DNA of 63,776 nucleotides, filler included, from an uncultured bacterium (GTDB lineage Bacteria; Latescibacterota; UBA2968): NCBI GenBank assembly GCA_964471275.1. It is 4 parts of 4 records of this genome, joined end to end, with 100 filler letters (N's around TTAATTAATTAA, not from the genome) between each part and the next. Parts side by side here need not be neighbours in the genome. Positions count along the whole stretch, not along the records: positions 1 to 17,769 come from CAYYGZ010000076.1; positions 17,870 to 35,630 come from CAYYGZ010000077.1; 2 more parts are not named here. One strand, written 5' to 3'. The first letter of the stretch is position 1. Each line of letters opens with the position of its first letter. The notes beneath the pieces were generated by a model, which was given only the letters and a program-made list of their open reading frames with translations, had not been told where the DNA came from and made no database searches. This document shows positions 11,201 through 20,325 of this stretch, piece by piece. The position numbers were made by a program, and so were the translations under genes.

Positions 11201-11293
11201 ACCCACATCGAGACCATCAAGAATGCCTTCCCCGTTCGTATCGAAGTCGTGAAACACGCCGACGCTGGCTCGACCTTCAACGTTGTGAGCTGA
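8243..11293 (+). CDS. sbcC: Exonuclease SbcCD subunit C (Rad50-like SMC ATPase)
   Basis: Walker A GRNGHGKS, Q-loop, long coiled coil with zinc hook CPLCG, YSGGE signature, IDEGFG, ITH. Confidence 0.95.
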   Translation: MIPVSLTLRNFLSYGEDAPTLDFSQFQIACVTGRNGHGKSALFDAITWALWGEARKASSDRKPDEGLLRIGSTDLRVEFVFDLDRQRFRVARSFRKTSRSGSSRLELQVLDEATNRYRALSESGSIRKTQARLNKLVRMGYDTFVNSAFILQGRVDEFTRRSPTDRKAILADILELSRYDSLAARARDHARRAETEVIRGQDRITQISEAAVRQVGLRKQLIESRQALVIAECASAESQKNHDACSRQIAKVEAQEAQKTAVLAERDGLLLRHSKLISELESAERAADFFREAVAAKDRILADVETLSRLRKTEESLRSAQSATQDMQLSRTRLNAELEAARLKVETRQQHWSGIVTDLRAQIEQGEKALSRRPEVRETLKKLVDLRRQDTELIALRDQRDRIEKRRRVLETDFNARRSEIQVDIETCRAKRRDLQMLLDRRTGLEQAFNDARQHLATFQALNDEMERVKREGTESQQSEERLKERIEGLGRRRQQLVAQTEQLRDHDDPDCPLCGSNLDKNHRAEVLDELAREIENLSWEHDAATGSLADARNRTDACRSAYQKLRDQVHPLGDAPRTFAQAETELSQVSGVDGDLARLVGRIQSLEDRAKTFESISDTAIELREVRTQISGFAEQTSHHEKIRDRLEKLSPAELEGARLDEIQTRVEAARKQLPEALKKSETATEWLDAKRYAPEIQTELIEITDAISKIGYDSRAHKQTREQIESLQNTEQALVELHKAERELAVVRTRIEATTARRSEIESDLKGCEALLLKLKDIDQDRADLEDQLARLTAQLKSQRTARDAALREVAAIERDDGACQALIEQKQKTATELANHEREATIHRELVRAFGRDGIQALLIDQAIPELQDEANRILSRLTANGTQVTLESLGELKGGGTKETLDIRISDELGERRYELYSGGEAFRVDFAIRIALSKLLAHRAGTPLQTLVIDEGFGTQDEQGLSHLIEAIQMISDEFEKVLVITHIETIKNAFPVRIEVVKHADAGSTFNVVS

Positions 11294-12438
11294 CCCTGCA
11301 CACCGATACAACGCTCCCGATCACCAACCAGGCCTGGATCGAGGTCGATCTGGCCGCAATTCGGCAGAACACGGAGAAGGTGCGTTCCTTCGTGGGCCCG
11401 ACGGTCGATGTCATGGCAGTGGTCAAAGCGGACGCATACGGTCACGGTCTTGTGCAGGTGGCGCGCGCTGCCACCGAGGGCGGAGCGGCTTGCCTCGGGG
11501 TAGCAAACGTAGCGGAGGGTATTCGCTTACGCGATGCGGACGTCTACGGCCCCATCGTTGTTCTCGGTGTATCCCTTCCTGAGAATGCATCGGCCATCGT
11601 TGAGGCCGGGCTCTCACAGACCGTCAGCGATGCCACCACCATACGCGCGCTTCAGACAGAAGCCAGACGACGGAACCGCGAAGTTCAGATACACCTCAAG
11701 TTGGAAACCGGTATGGGACGGGTCGGTGTCTACCCTGATGAAATGGCAGACCTGATTGATGCCGTCGAGAGGAGTTCACACATCATCGTAGAGGGACTAT
11801 CGACTCACGTCGGATGGGGCGAAGACTGTCGTGACGAAATATCCTCACAAATCAGGAGATTCACGGCAGAGCTAGCCACTCTTACTGAACGTTTCGCCCC
11901 CCCCCGCTGGACACACGCCGCAAACAGCCTGGTCACGCTGGCCGACCCCGCAGGTCACTTCAACCTTGTCCGGGTCGGTCTCCTGACATACGGGATCCAA
12001 CCGGTTGACGACAGGGCTTGGCCCTCACCTCTGGATCACCTTGTCCAGGCATTGTCCGTCCACGCACGGTTGACGCAGATCAGAATGCTGCGTGCAGGAC
12101 AGACGGTCAGTTACGGGGCGATCGTCACAGTGGATAGAGACACAACGGCCGCGATCGTGCCCGTCGGATACGCAGACGGTTACCCGCGTTACCCCGGAGG
12201 CGGCGGACACGTGCTGATGGATGAGCACAAGTGCCCGATCCTCGGCTCCGTGTGCATGGACCAGCTGGTCATTGACATTACCGGGCACGACGCATCGATC
12301 GGTCAGGAGGTTTGTCTCCTCGGGGCGCGGGGATCGGTATCGATCACGGCAAATGACCTTGCCCGTGCCGCCGGCAAGATTCCCTACGAGATGGTCACGG
12401 GTCTGGGTGCTCGGCTGCCCTACCTCTACCGTGCGTGA
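11290..12438 (+). CDS. alr: Alanine racemase (probable CTG start overlapping sbcC stop)
   Basis: AVVKADAYGHG PLP lysine motif, KLETGMGRVG, GYADG, GSVCMDQ; conserved N-terminal AWIEVDLAAIRQN lies upstream of the first GTG (11380). Confidence 0.92.
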   Translation: MTLHTDTTLPITNQAWIEVDLAAIRQNTEKVRSFVGPTVDVMAVVKADAYGHGLVQVARAATEGGAACLGVANVAEGIRLRDADVYGPIVVLGVSLPENASAIVEAGLSQTVSDATTIRALQTEARRRNREVQIHLKLETGMGRVGVYPDEMADLIDAVERSSHIIVEGLSTHVGWGEDCRDEISSQIRRFTAELATLTERFAPPRWTHAANSLVTLADPAGHFNLVRVGLLTYGIQPVDDRAWPSPLDHLVQALSVHARLTQIRMLRAGQTVSYGAIVTVDRDTTAAIVPVGYADGYPRYPGGGGHVLMDEHKCPILGSVCMDQLVIDITGHDASIGQEVCLLGARGSVSITANDLARAAGKIPYEMVTGLGARLPYLYRA

Positions 12439-12500
12439 TCCCGTACGCGGCAACCTACCCGGAATTGGCTATATTCCTGACCAGCCTTGGAGTCTAACCG

Positions 12501-13553
12501 ATGAAGACAGTTCCAACCCCGGTCTCTCCCCCACCAGCGCGATCTCTGCTGGTGTTAATTCTGCTGATCACGTCCTGTGGTGGTCGCCTGCCCGAATCTG
12601 TAGGACCCGCACAAGAAATCGTTGTTATCGCTGACGCGAGCGAGTGGGAACAGCTTGAACCCGTTGTTCGGGATGTCTTCGAAAAGATTCTGCATACCCC
12701 GCAGGCGGAGAAGATCTTTTCAATTCAGTATGGCCGGGTTGAGGACATAGACATCCACAAGCATCGGCTTCGCAAGAACCTGATGGTGCTCAGTAGCCTC
12801 GACGCCCAGAACCCGACCGGTGACTTCCTGAGGTCTCTCCTCAGTCCCGAGGTCATCTCGGCTGTTCGTGCTGGCCAGTCCGGAGTCTCCTGGAAAGAAG
12901 ATGTCTGGGCAAACGAGCAGCTCCTGCTCGTCGCGACAGGCATGGACATCGATGACTTGATCGAAAATCTCAGAGGAGAATCAGACAGGCTCTTTGCCGC
13001 AGCTGAACAGGCTCGCAACAAACGCATCGCAAAGCTGGTCTACAAGTACGGTGAACGCAAAGACGTGACGCAGCAATTGGTAGACGAGTTCGGCTGGCAG
13101 GTTCGTGTACCGTTTGGGTACAGAATCCTGGAAGCGAACCCGGACAGCGGCTTTGTCGCACTCGTGAAGGAGCAACCGGTCCGCTGGTTCTTTGTCTACT
13201 GGGAGGATGGCGTTCAGGCGGGAACCCTGACCGAAGACTGGGTTATCGCCAAACGCGATGAGATCACGCGGAGATTCTTCGACCAGGACAGGATCGCCCC
13301 AGGCGAGGTCGAAGTCTTCCAATCGGATTTTTCCGGAAAGCTGGCGGTCGTGCTTCGGGGACTCTGGGAGAACCAAGAGACGTGGACCGGTGGCCCCTTC
13401 AAGAGCTATGCCTTCGTGGATCTCGAACTGGACCGGTTCTTCTTCATCGATGTCGGCGTCTTCTCTCCGAACAAACAGAAAGAGACGTATCTTCGACAAC
13501 TCGACCTCATGGCGAACACATTCAGAACGGCAAACGAACCCCAGATCAACTAG
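12501..13553 (+). CDS. DUF4837-family lipoprotein
   Basis: Lipobox LITSC; TPQAEKIF, DVWANEQL, RGLWE...GGPF, PNKQK..YLRQL. Confidence 0.75.
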   Translation: MKTVPTPVSPPPARSLLVLILLITSCGGRLPESVGPAQEIVVIADASEWEQLEPVVRDVFEKILHTPQAEKIFSIQYGRVEDIDIHKHRLRKNLMVLSSLDAQNPTGDFLRSLLSPEVISAVRAGQSGVSWKEDVWANEQLLLVATGMDIDDLIENLRGESDRLFAAAEQARNKRIAKLVYKYGERKDVTQQLVDEFGWQVRVPFGYRILEANPDSGFVALVKEQPVRWFFVYWEDGVQAGTLTEDWVIAKRDEITRRFFDQDRIAPGEVEVFQSDFSGKLAVVLRGLWENQETWTGGPFKSYAFVDLELDRFFFIDVGVFSPNKQKETYLRQLDLMANTFRTANEPQIN

Positions 13554-13583
13554 CCGAATGACGTTCGTGAGAAAAGTGGCGAA

Positions 13584-14207
13584 GTGGATGGTAAGTCAGG
13601 CCTTGGGGCCCTCGAGAGTGCACTGAGGAAACGAATCCTGACGGGTATCGTCACGATGGTGCCGCTTGTCGTCACCTTCCTGGCCCTCCGGTTGGTATTC
13701 CAGTGGTTGGACTCGCTCGTGCAGCCCGCTTGTGAAGCAGATTTCGGACTCTCAGAACGATATACCGGATCTGGGGATCACCTTGACGTTGATTGTGGTC
13801 TGAGTAGCGGGCGCGGTCGGCAGCAATGTCGTGAGTCGCCGTTTGATTGGGCGCGGTGACGAGATCCTCGTGCGGATTCCCCTGATCGGAAGCATATACA
13901 GCCCGGTCAAGCAGTTCATCCAAACCGTTGCTTCTGCAAAACCACCACGGACTTCAAACGCGTTGTCCTTGCCGAATATCCCTCAGACGATCGATGGATC
14001 CTCGGTTTTGCGACGGGTGAAGTGATGCTGCCAGACGAGAAACCCGGTCGATGCGTGTTTGTCCCCACTTCCCAGACCCCGGCGACAGGATGGATGGTCA
14101 TCTTCCCAAGAAGTCGAGTCGTGGAGACAAACCTCACCGTTGAGGAAGCGATGCGGCTCATCGTCTCCAGGGAGATCGTGGTTCCCGAGAGGCAGGGAAA
14201 GGCCTAA
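13584..14207 (+). pseudogene. DUF502-family membrane protein, disrupted
   Basis: RILTGIVTMVPLVVT / RIPLIGSIYSPVKQ / FKRVVLAEYP / VFVPTS..PATG / LTVEEAMRLIVS; frameshifts near 13727 and 13940 and in-frame TGA at 13801-13803. Confidence 0.85.
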
Positions 14208-14217
14208 AAGGTTCCCC

Positions 14218-14469
14218 CTACGGACGAGATGGGTTTTCCAGCCCCTTCCGAAGCAGGTGGTTCAGGACCTGCACTTCAGAGCACCCCTCAGCCCGGGCGA
14301 GTTGGATGATCTCTTCCATTACCTCCGGGTCCAGAAGCATCGCCAGCCGGTCGAGCTGACGGTCCGGTTCCAGTGGCTCTTCGGCCACATCGCCGGACCC
14401 GCGGTAGGCAATCCCGAGCAGCACCACCAACAGGAATAAAGCAGCAAACAGATAGAAAAAGGTGAACAC
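14218..14469 (-). CDS. Small membrane protein (83 aa): N-terminal TM, C-terminal ribbon-helix-helix-like segment
   Basis: GGAGG 6 nt before GTG 14469; MFTFFYLFAALFLLVVLLGIAY...MLLDPEVMEEIIQLARAEGCSEVQVLNHLLRKGL. Confidence 0.6.
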   Translation of the reverse strand: MFTFFYLFAALFLLVVLLGIAYRGSGDVAEEPLEPDRQLDRLAMLLDPEVMEEIIQLARAEGCSEVQVLNHLLRKGLENPSRP

Positions 14470-14567
14470 TGACACCTCCTGTGAGATCCTTGACTTTCCG
14501 CACCCACTGGCATAATCTCGTAGGGACAGGTGATTCTGGAAACCAAGTGTAGGCAAGGGTAAGGGGA

Positions 14568-14840
14568 ATGGTCTGGTGGATCACGTTCTTTGCGGCAACC
14601 GTCCTGACGATCGGCGCGAAGTACTACTTTACGACATCGATCGAACGTCTACGGCAATCCCTGTTACGAGAACAGAGGGAGACGCTCATGATGAAGGGAG
14701 AACTCAAAGATTTGCGGACAGATCAACGCGTCAAGAGTCGGCTTGTCCATGAACGTAAGACCGAGATCAAGTGGCTGAAGAGCGCGATCGCCAACCTCCA
14801 GGACGAGATCCACGGATTGTTAAACGAGCTTAGGCGATAG
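14568..14840 (+). CDS. Small TM-anchored coiled-coil protein
   Basis: AGGGG RBS; hydrophobic N-terminus followed by heptad-rich helix; followed by terminator. Confidence 0.7.
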   Translation: MVWWITFFAATVLTIGAKYYFTTSIERLRQSLLREQRETLMMKGELKDLRTDQRVKSRLVHERKTEIKWLKSAIANLQDEIHGLLNELRR

Positions 14841-14863
14841 TCATCGAAACCGGGCATTCAAAC

Positions 14864-14903
14864 AGAGAGGGGCTGCATTGTAGAAAACGCAGCCCCTCTC
14901 TTT
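14864..14903. terminator. Probable bidirectional intrinsic terminator
   Basis: AGAGAGGGGCTGC / GCAGCCCCTCTCT 13-bp inverted repeat between convergent genes. Confidence 0.75.
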
Positions 14904-14916
14904 ATGCGACACCGTC

Positions 14917-15441
14917 TCAGTCGGATTCGAAAGTCAACGTATCCGAAATCGCCTTGACGATCGATGCGATTCGACCGACGTCGACAATGTGCTGAGCAGA
15001 AATGCCGTTCTTCCGGAGCTGCACTGCGTGAGCATTTACACACGTCCCACACGCATTCACCACACTCGCCGCGAGGCTGAACGTCTCGAACAGAACCTGC
15101 CCCACGCCCCCGTGAGACATCATCACGTTCATCCGCAGTTTTGCGGGTTGTCCCTTGATTTCGGCGTCCGACACGAGATCGTTGAACTTGTACCAGACGT
15201 TATTCATGCTCATGATAGCGGCCGCACTCCGGCAACCCGTAATCTGCTCCTCCGACAGATGCACATTCGCTTCCTCAAGAATCGCCCGCTTCACAACCGT
15301 GCTCTTTGAGACAAGCGCAGCCGTGTAAGCCGATCCCCAGGCGGCAACCGGATCTAGGCTCGACGTCGACAGAACGCTCAGGTTCAGTCGCAGGTCCTTC
15401 GCATAGTCCGGAATTTCAGATTTAAGCGTATCGATTCCCAT
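14917..15441 (-). CDS. ahpD: Alkyl hydroperoxide reductase AhpD
   Basis: IPDYAKDLRLNL, AAAIMSMNNVWY, SVVNACGTCVNAH (CxxCxxxH); directly downstream of ahpC. Confidence 0.92.
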   Translation of the reverse strand: MGIDTLKSEIPDYAKDLRLNLSVLSTSSLDPVAAWGSAYTAALVSKSTVVKRAILEEANVHLSEEQITGCRSAAAIMSMNNVWYKFNDLVSDAEIKGQPAKLRMNVMMSHGGVGQVLFETFSLAASVVNACGTCVNAHAVQLRKNGISAQHIVDVGRIASIVKAISDTLTFESD

Positions 15442-15457
15442 GACCGACTCCTCGAGC

Positions 15458-16006
15458 CTAAAGCGTTTCACCACCCGGGGGACGGTTGCACGGACAAAGC
15501 TCGTCTGACTGCAGACCGTCGAGCACACGCAACGTTTCCTGCGGTGAGCGACCGACATTCAGGTTGTTCACCGTAACGTGCTGAATCACGTTGTGAGGAT
15601 CCACGATAAAGGTCGCGCGCAATGCGACGCCATCTCCGGCCGCTCTTACCCCCAGACCATCGACCAGACTACCGTTGGTGTCGGCGAACCACATATACGG
15701 TGAACCCGTCAGATCCTGGTGCTCGCGGCGCCACGCCAGGTGGCAGAACTCGTTGTCAATCGACCCGCCGAGCAACACGGTGTCGCGGTCATCGAATTCC
15801 TGGTTCACATTACCGAATTCGACGATCTCCGTCGGGCAGACAAACGTGAAGTCCTTTGGCCAGAAAAAGATGACCTTCCACTTACCGGAAAAGGAATCAC
15901 GTGATACGGTCTCGAATGCAGACTCTCCATCTTGTTCGTGCTGCGTAAAACCTGCTTTGACCCCGACAACGCTGAACTCAGGCAGTGACTGTCCTACACC
16001 AAGCAT
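15458..16006 (-). CDS. ahpC: Peroxiredoxin AhpC
   Basis: FWPKDFTFVCPTEI, RATFIVDP, VGRS..ETLRVLDGLQSDELCPCN; AAGGAGGT RBS. Confidence 0.95.
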   Translation of the reverse strand: MLGVGQSLPEFSVVGVKAGFTQHEQDGESAFETVSRDSFSGKWKVIFFWPKDFTFVCPTEIVEFGNVNQEFDDRDTVLLGGSIDNEFCHLAWRREHQDLTGSPYMWFADTNGSLVDGLGVRAAGDGVALRATFIVDPHNVIQHVTVNNLNVGRSPQETLRVLDGLQSDELCPCNRPPGGETL

Positions 16007-16078
16007 TTACCACCTCCTTGATAGACGCTTTTCTCAGTATTCTCCATGACCCGTACGATACGTGGCCAGTCGGGTCTG

Positions 16079-16143
16079 AAGATAGCGCAGCGTCGTCCTG
16101 ACCCCAAATCGAAACCGTCGATCTCCCCATCGATTCAGCCTAT
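16079..16143 (-). promoter_or_regulatory. ahpC promoter with OxyR/LysR-type binding site
   Basis: Plus-strand ATCG-N7-CGAT (16108-16122) and ATCG-N7-CTAT (16129-16143) abut a minus-strand TTGGGG-N17-TATCTT promoter. Confidence 0.6.
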
Positions 16144-16204
16144 CGTACACAGAAAGACCGATGCGCGAGGCATCGGCCTTGAACTCAAGAACTTCGGGAT
16201 AGGC

Positions 16205-16366
16205 CTACTTGACGTAGTATCCGATAAACAAAAAATCGATGAACAGGAGCAAGCAGAGGATCTCTACCGCGAGGAAGAGATAGATCTCTACCTTCTCCCG
16301 AAGCCCGGCTTCCTCAACGCCCCCCTCATCCACAGGGTCCTGTTTGTTCGAATCCTTCTTCGCCAT
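16205..16366 (-). CDS. Small single-TM protein (53 aa)
   Basis: MAKKDSNKQDPVDEGGVEEAGLREKVEIYLFLAVEILCLLLFIDFLFIGYYVK*; GAGGG RBS; below the ORF-track size cutoff. Confidence 0.55.
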   Translation of the reverse strand: MAKKDSNKQDPVDEGGVEEAGLREKVEIYLFLAVEILCLLLFIDFLFIGYYVK

Positions 16367-16563
16367 ACCAGCCCTCGTGCGAGTGTTGACACGTCCTTGC
16401 CTCCCTGCAGGGAGGCGGCTCGTGCTAAAACTAGATCGTTTACCGTCTCAGGTCAAGGGAACCGAATGGGAGTACAAGGCGTTGTTAAACAACGAATAAC
16501 TGGACAAAGATCAGGACGCTTGTTATCATTCCTTTTGATCCCCAAACGCTTGTAATCGGAGAT

Positions 16564-17526
16564 TTGATGCTCATTTTTCGACACACTTCACTGTTGCTCT
16601 ACCTTCTGCTGGTCACCGTCGTCGCAACCGGTACGATACTCAACGCCCAGCCCGATGACGGCGAAGTAAAGCCCGGCGATCGAGTCGAGATCGTTCTCAA
16701 AGCGGGTCGCACCGTGATCGGATCGCTGATCCGCGATGGCGCAACTCTGATCGAGCTTCGAGTCGGATCGGGCAAGGTCCGGATCTACAAGATCAACATC
16801 CAGAGCATCAACGGCCGCCCTCCCTTCGAGGGAACTGCCAGTCCTCCTTCCGGTCCGGTGGAAGAGGTCGTGCCGGCAGAAGTTCTGATCCCGGCAGGCG
16901 AGTTCAGGATGGGTGACAGCCAGGGCAAGGATCGTCCGGTACACAAGGTTCAGGTTGACAGCTTCTACATCGATAAATACGAACTGACCAACGCGGAGTA
17001 TCATGTCTATCTGCAGCAGACGGGGAAACCTGCGCCGAAATACTGGGAGAACACGAAGTACAACGGGGACGATCAGCCCGTAGTGGGTGTGGCGTATGAT
17101 GAGGCCACAGACTACTGCCGGTGGGCCGGCAAACGCCTCCCCACGGAAGCCGAGTGGGAACTAGCTGCCAGAGGTCGTGAAGGCACCCTCTTCCCCTGGG
17201 GAGATGTCCAGAGCATCGTCGCAACCAACACGCGAGAATCAAAAGAGGGTCGTCCCTTACCGGTGGGCTCATTTGCGGCCGGTGTCAGCACCCTGGGGCT
17301 CTACGACATGAGCGGAAACGTCTGGGAGTGGTGCTACGATTGGTATGACAAGGACTACTACAGGGCCTCGCCCTACGACAATCCCCGGGGACCCGATAGC
17401 GGCAAAGAGAAGGTGATCCGCGGGGGTGGATGGAATATCAGCATCGTCGATATGGCCTTCCGGAAGCGCGTCAAGCCGGATCAGCGCTACTCTTCCCTCG
17501 GGTTCCGCTGCGCACGTTCCAGATAA
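16564..17526 (+). CDS. Formylglycine-generating enzyme (FGE-sulfatase/SUMF1) domain protein, secreted
   Basis: IPAGEFRMG, KRLPTEAEWELAARG, GLYDMSGNVWEW, RGGGW, LGFRCAR; signal peptide; FGE catalytic Cys pair not evident. Confidence 0.88.
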   Translation: MMLIFRHTSLLLYLLLVTVVATGTILNAQPDDGEVKPGDRVEIVLKAGRTVIGSLIRDGATLIELRVGSGKVRIYKINIQSINGRPPFEGTASPPSGPVEEVVPAEVLIPAGEFRMGDSQGKDRPVHKVQVDSFYIDKYELTNAEYHVYLQQTGKPAPKYWENTKYNGDDQPVVGVAYDEATDYCRWAGKRLPTEAEWELAARGREGTLFPWGDVQSIVATNTRESKEGRPLPVGSFAAGVSTLGLYDMSGNVWEWCYDWYDKDYYRASPYDNPRGPDSGKEKVIRGGGWNISIVDMAFRKRVKPDQRYSSLGFRCARSR

Positions 17527-17593
17527 CCGACAGAAACTGTAACTAGTACATTGTCCCATAAATAGATGTACTAATTAGCAATTCTGTCGCATG

Positions 17594-17627
17594 TTTCCTC
17601 CTCAAACACTTTGTTGAGGAGGAAAAA
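17594..17627. terminator. Hairpin/terminator
   Basis: TTTCCTCCTCAA / TTGAGGAGGAAA inverted repeat followed by A-run (U-tail on minus strand). Confidence 0.6.
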
Positions 17628-17769
17628 TTGGCCCGTCGAGGTCGACCAACAAAGCAACTTGTCATTAGGCCAGATACGCGCGTAGAGCTTGAATCCCTTG
17701 CAGGTTCTCGATCCTACCATCAGGCCTAGTGCGTCGTGCTAAAATCGTTCTGCTCTGCACCGAAGGCTG

Positions 17770-17869
17770 NNNNNNNNNNNNNNNNNNNNNNNNNNNNNNN
17801 NNNNNNNNNNNNNTTAATTAATTAANNNNNNNNNNNNNNNNNNNNNNNNNNNNNNNNNNNNNNNNNNNN
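17770..17869. other. Artificial contig-joining spacer
   Basis: N44-TTAATTAATTAA-N44 linker with stops in all frames. Confidence 0.99.
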
Positions 17870-18047
17870 TCCGATTCGAGATGGCTCCGAGGAGTGTCTT
17901 GCCCAGATACTTCACGGCTTCGGGGATCCGCTCACCGTTCTCACCGTGATGTGTTATCATTCCTTGCACCAGCGCCTCACGCATGATTCTGCAGGCGAGA
18001 TTACCGACCTTTGAGAGCATACCCAATCAATCTGACAGGAACCACAA

Positions 18048-19117
18048 ATGATCCATTTCGGAATAATCGGCACTGGGTGGCGCTCCGAATTCTATCTTCG
18101 AGCAGCAGCAGCCTGCCCTGATCGCCTGCAATGTGTCGGACTGGTTTCTCGGAATCCTGACCGCTCGGATCATCCTGGCGCTCTTTACGGGGTGCCGCTC
18201 TATGGATTGGCGAAGAGATGGTCAGTGCGGGGAACCCACTCTTCACCGTGACGAGCGTGGCGTGGGAGGCGAACCCGGATGCGATCGGATACCTGGTTTC
18301 ACTGGGACAGCCTGTCTTGTCGGAAACGCCACCCGGAGAAACTGTGGACGAGCTGACGAAGGTCTACGGTCTGGTGAGAGAAGGGGCAAAGATCCAGGTG
18401 GCGGAACAGTATCATCTACAGCCCCATCATTTTGCCAGGATCGCCTATGCCCAGAGTGGCAAGCTCGGGACGATTACACAGGCACAAGTATCCGCGGCGC
18501 ACGGCTACCACGGCATCAGCCTGATTCGCAGGCTTCTGGGAATCGGGTTCGAGGAAGCAGTCGTGACAGGCACGGCGTACACATCACCCATCGTGAAGAC
18601 GATGGGGAGGTCGGGTCCGGATGCAGATGAGGAGATCGTCGAAACGACGCAGAAGATGGCGACATTCGATTTTGGCGGTCGGCTCGGTGTCTTTGATTTT
18701 CTGAGCGATCAGTATCGGTCTCACATTCGAGGTCAACGCCTGATGGTACGGGGTGTCCGGGGAGAGATCCTGCAGGAATCGGTGACCTATCTGATGGATC
18801 ATGCTACGCCAATCAGTCTACCGTTTCTGCGCCAGGAGGCAGGACCGCGCGGGAATCTCGAGGGGAATTACCTGAAAGGGTACACGGTCGGCGAGGAATG
18901 GATATATCGGAATCCGCTGGCACCCGGTACGTTGGCGGACGACGACATCGCTGTCGGCCACTGTCTACTCAAGATGGCCGAGTATGTAAACGGTGGTGCC
19001 GAATTCTACCCGCTCGCAGAAGCGTGTTAGGATCGATATCTGGATATCGTCATGGAACGAGCGCAGGAGAGCGGGGAAGCGGTAAGGACGACGCCCCAGG
19101 CGTGGGGAGAGTCGTGA
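18048..19117 (+). pseudogene. Gfo/Idh/MocA oxidoreductase, disrupted
   Basis: FGIIGTGWR Rossmann motif, VLSETPP, QVAEQY, AHGYHG; frameshift near 18210 and TAG at 19028-19030 followed by plausible C-terminal sequence DRYLDIVMERAQESGEAVRTTPQAW. Confidence 0.8.
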
Positions 19118-19255
19118 AATGAAGATTGAGGATCGAGGATTGGTGTCGTTGGCACGATGGCCGAACAGCTGGCGGAATGGCAAGCTGGCGGCGAAGCCAT
19201 TGTCAGTCTATGCGCCGGCCGCTGGATGGTGAGACGAATCCAGGATGTAGAGAGA

Positions 19256-20206
19256 CTAGGCCTGCAAGTACTGATCGGCTTCTGTGTCTTGCCACTGGAG
19301 CTGCTGTTCGTTCGTTTCATGAGGTGTGAAGGCGATGGCGATGTCATCAAGAGGGGTATCGAGGATATCGATTCTTGCGAGGTCGGCGACACCGATTCCC
19401 AACTGGTTCGCGTAGTTGAGCAGACCGAGTGAGAGCGGATCGAATCCCATCGCTTTCGACATGACTGCATCCAAGGCGCAGACGTCCGCGCTGGCACCGG
19501 CGACACCCAGATCAACCGCATCCTTTCCGCCTGGCCCATTTCCCTGCAATCCTACTGTTCCGTCAACGACGCCAATGTCCGGCTTCAGATACCTGGATAG
19601 CCGGATGAGGTTGACGTTCATCCGCTGTGCTTCGGTCGGCAGTTGACGCGATTTATGCTCGGGGTAACCGTGCATCTTAACGCGATCCTCTATCCGAATT
19701 GTCCCCATAATCATGTTCTTCAAAGCAAGCGTGACGCAGCAGACATCGTGCGTCTTGGCGATTGCCATCGAGATTGTGCACGGACAATCGAGAATCGTTT
19801 TGGACATGTGGACCGCGTATTCCGAGCGATCGTGCAGGTAGGCGACACAGGTCTCCCATTCCGTCTCCTGATTCAGGTCGACAAGTTTGACCGAAATCTC
19901 ATACTCGTCTACCAGAGTCGGGTATTCGAAGTTGTCAAAACATTCACCCGATCTGTCTTCGTTTCCTCCTTCGGCGATGAGAATTTCTGTAGGCGGGTTC
20001 GGACACGAGAGCAGGAAATCGATCGCGCCGCGCATCGCATCGGCGTGCGAAGAGGCGAGTTGGTTCCTGTTGGAGAGAAAATTCGGTTTAAGCAGCACCT
20101 GATCCGCAATCTTCGGGATCAGATCGTCGCGAACGAGATCCATGGCGTGGAAGACATTGTCTCTGCGGCTGCCTCGTCTCGCCAGGCCGACTCGGGAACG
20201 GTCCAT
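19256..20206 (-). CDS. DUF362 domain protein
   Basis: VLLKPNF, IAEG, KTHD...TLALKNM, DGTVGLQGNGP, DVCALDAV. Confidence 0.85.
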   Translation of the reverse strand: MDRSRVGLARRGSRRDNVFHAMDLVRDDLIPKIADQVLLKPNFLSNRNQLASSHADAMRGAIDFLLSCPNPPTEILIAEGGNEDRSGECFDNFEYPTLVDEYEISVKLVDLNQETEWETCVAYLHDRSEYAVHMSKTILDCPCTISMAIAKTHDVCCVTLALKNMIMGTIRIEDRVKMHGYPEHKSRQLPTEAQRMNVNLIRLSRYLKPDIGVVDGTVGLQGNGPGGKDAVDLGVAGASADVCALDAVMSKAMGFDPLSLGLLNYANQLGIGVADLARIDILDTPLDDIAIAFTPHETNEQQLQWQDTEADQYLQA

Positions 20207-20325
20207 TCGCTACCTTTCTGTTCGTGACGGCTGAGAAGTTGGCCGAGATTCTTCAAACGCAAAGGACGCTGAGACCCAAAGACAGGGCACTGATGGCCCG
20301 AAGTCACACCTGTCAATCTGAAGAC

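Noticed and set aside
16046..16555. 169-aa plus-strand ORF
   Set aside because: Overlaps the ahpC promoter and a better supported 53-aa minus-strand TM ORF; no family features
17870..18026. Partial ORF at the start of contig 2
   Set aside because: Too short, with no recognisable motif in any frame examined
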